Shown: one piece after another, positions 63,566 through 64,000 of the stretch | Layout: each line of letters starts with the position of its first letter | Numbering within the stretch: the stretch's first letter is position 1 | DNA from: Octopus bimaculoides | Lineage: Eukaryota | Reading direction: 5' to 3' | Assembly (NCBI RefSeq): GCF_001194135.2 | Contig: NC_069002.1 | Location: forward strand, 4,748,311 to 4,812,310 | DNA length: 64,000 bases | The notes under the pieces: generated by a model | Told to the model about the DNA's origin: nothing | Seen by the model: only the letters and a program-made list of their open reading frames with translations | Database searches by the model: none | Position numbers and translations under genes: made by a program

Positions 63566-64000
63566 TGAATATTTATGTATATACATACATATACACACAA
63601 TATGCAAATGTGTGTGTGCAGACAGAAATATCTATGTGGGCGTAGCTGTGTGGTTAGGAAGCTTACCTTTCAACAATGTGGTTCCAGAGTGGACGGAAAC
63701 CGCACATCAAGCAAAAGGGCAAAAGCTCGCTCGCCCGAGGGGGGGAGGGGATCAGTCAATTACATCAACCCCAGTCTTCAGCTGGTACTTATTTTATCAA
63801 CCCTGAAAAGATGAAGGCAAAGCTGACTTCAGCAGAATTTGAACTCAGAACATAATGATGGGTAAAATGCTGCTGAGCATTTTGCCTGATGTTCTAATGA
63901 TTCTGCCAGCTTCACCACCTTAATCAATAATAATAATAATAATGTTATTGTTCAGATACGCACAACAGACACATAACTTCTCTCCCCCTCACATGCAAAC

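Overview
Eukaryotic (animal) genomic DNA: very AT-rich, dense in (TA)n/(CA)n/(ATT)n/(GAT)n microsatellites and tRNA-derived SINEs, with several N gaps. The repeat families look like those I recall from Octopus, so a cephalopod origin is likely, but this is unverified. The window holds one clear gene, a fibroblast growth factor receptor (FGFR) on the + strand from about 4959 to 43156. I could read 15 coding exons by hand: Ig1 first half, linker, Ig2 (two exons), Ig3 (two exons split by a 17.6-kb intron), transmembrane, juxtamembrane, six further kinase-region exons plus the subdomain I-II exon, and a terminal exon with a YLEI motif. Splice phases chain consistently. The signal-peptide exon(s) were not found (probably upstream). 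The second half of Ig1 and the 3' end of the TM exon probably lie in N gaps. Introns and the downstream region contain SINEs, MITEs (Tc1/mariner, hAT, piggyBac-like) and decayed fragments of an R4/Dong-type LINE, an RTE LINE, a Tc1/mariner transposase and a FLYWCH-bearing Mutator-like element. Best leads: (1) the kinase hinge glutamate of the FGFR 'molecular brake' is replaced by valine; (2) two candidate alternative C-terminal exons in the last intron; (3) candidate poison, micro and mutually exclusive exons in the large intron at the vertebrate IIIa/IIIb-c position; (4) SINE families that seem to insert into specific microsatellites; (5) possible antisense exons. All alternative-exon and antisense calls are inference and need RNA data.
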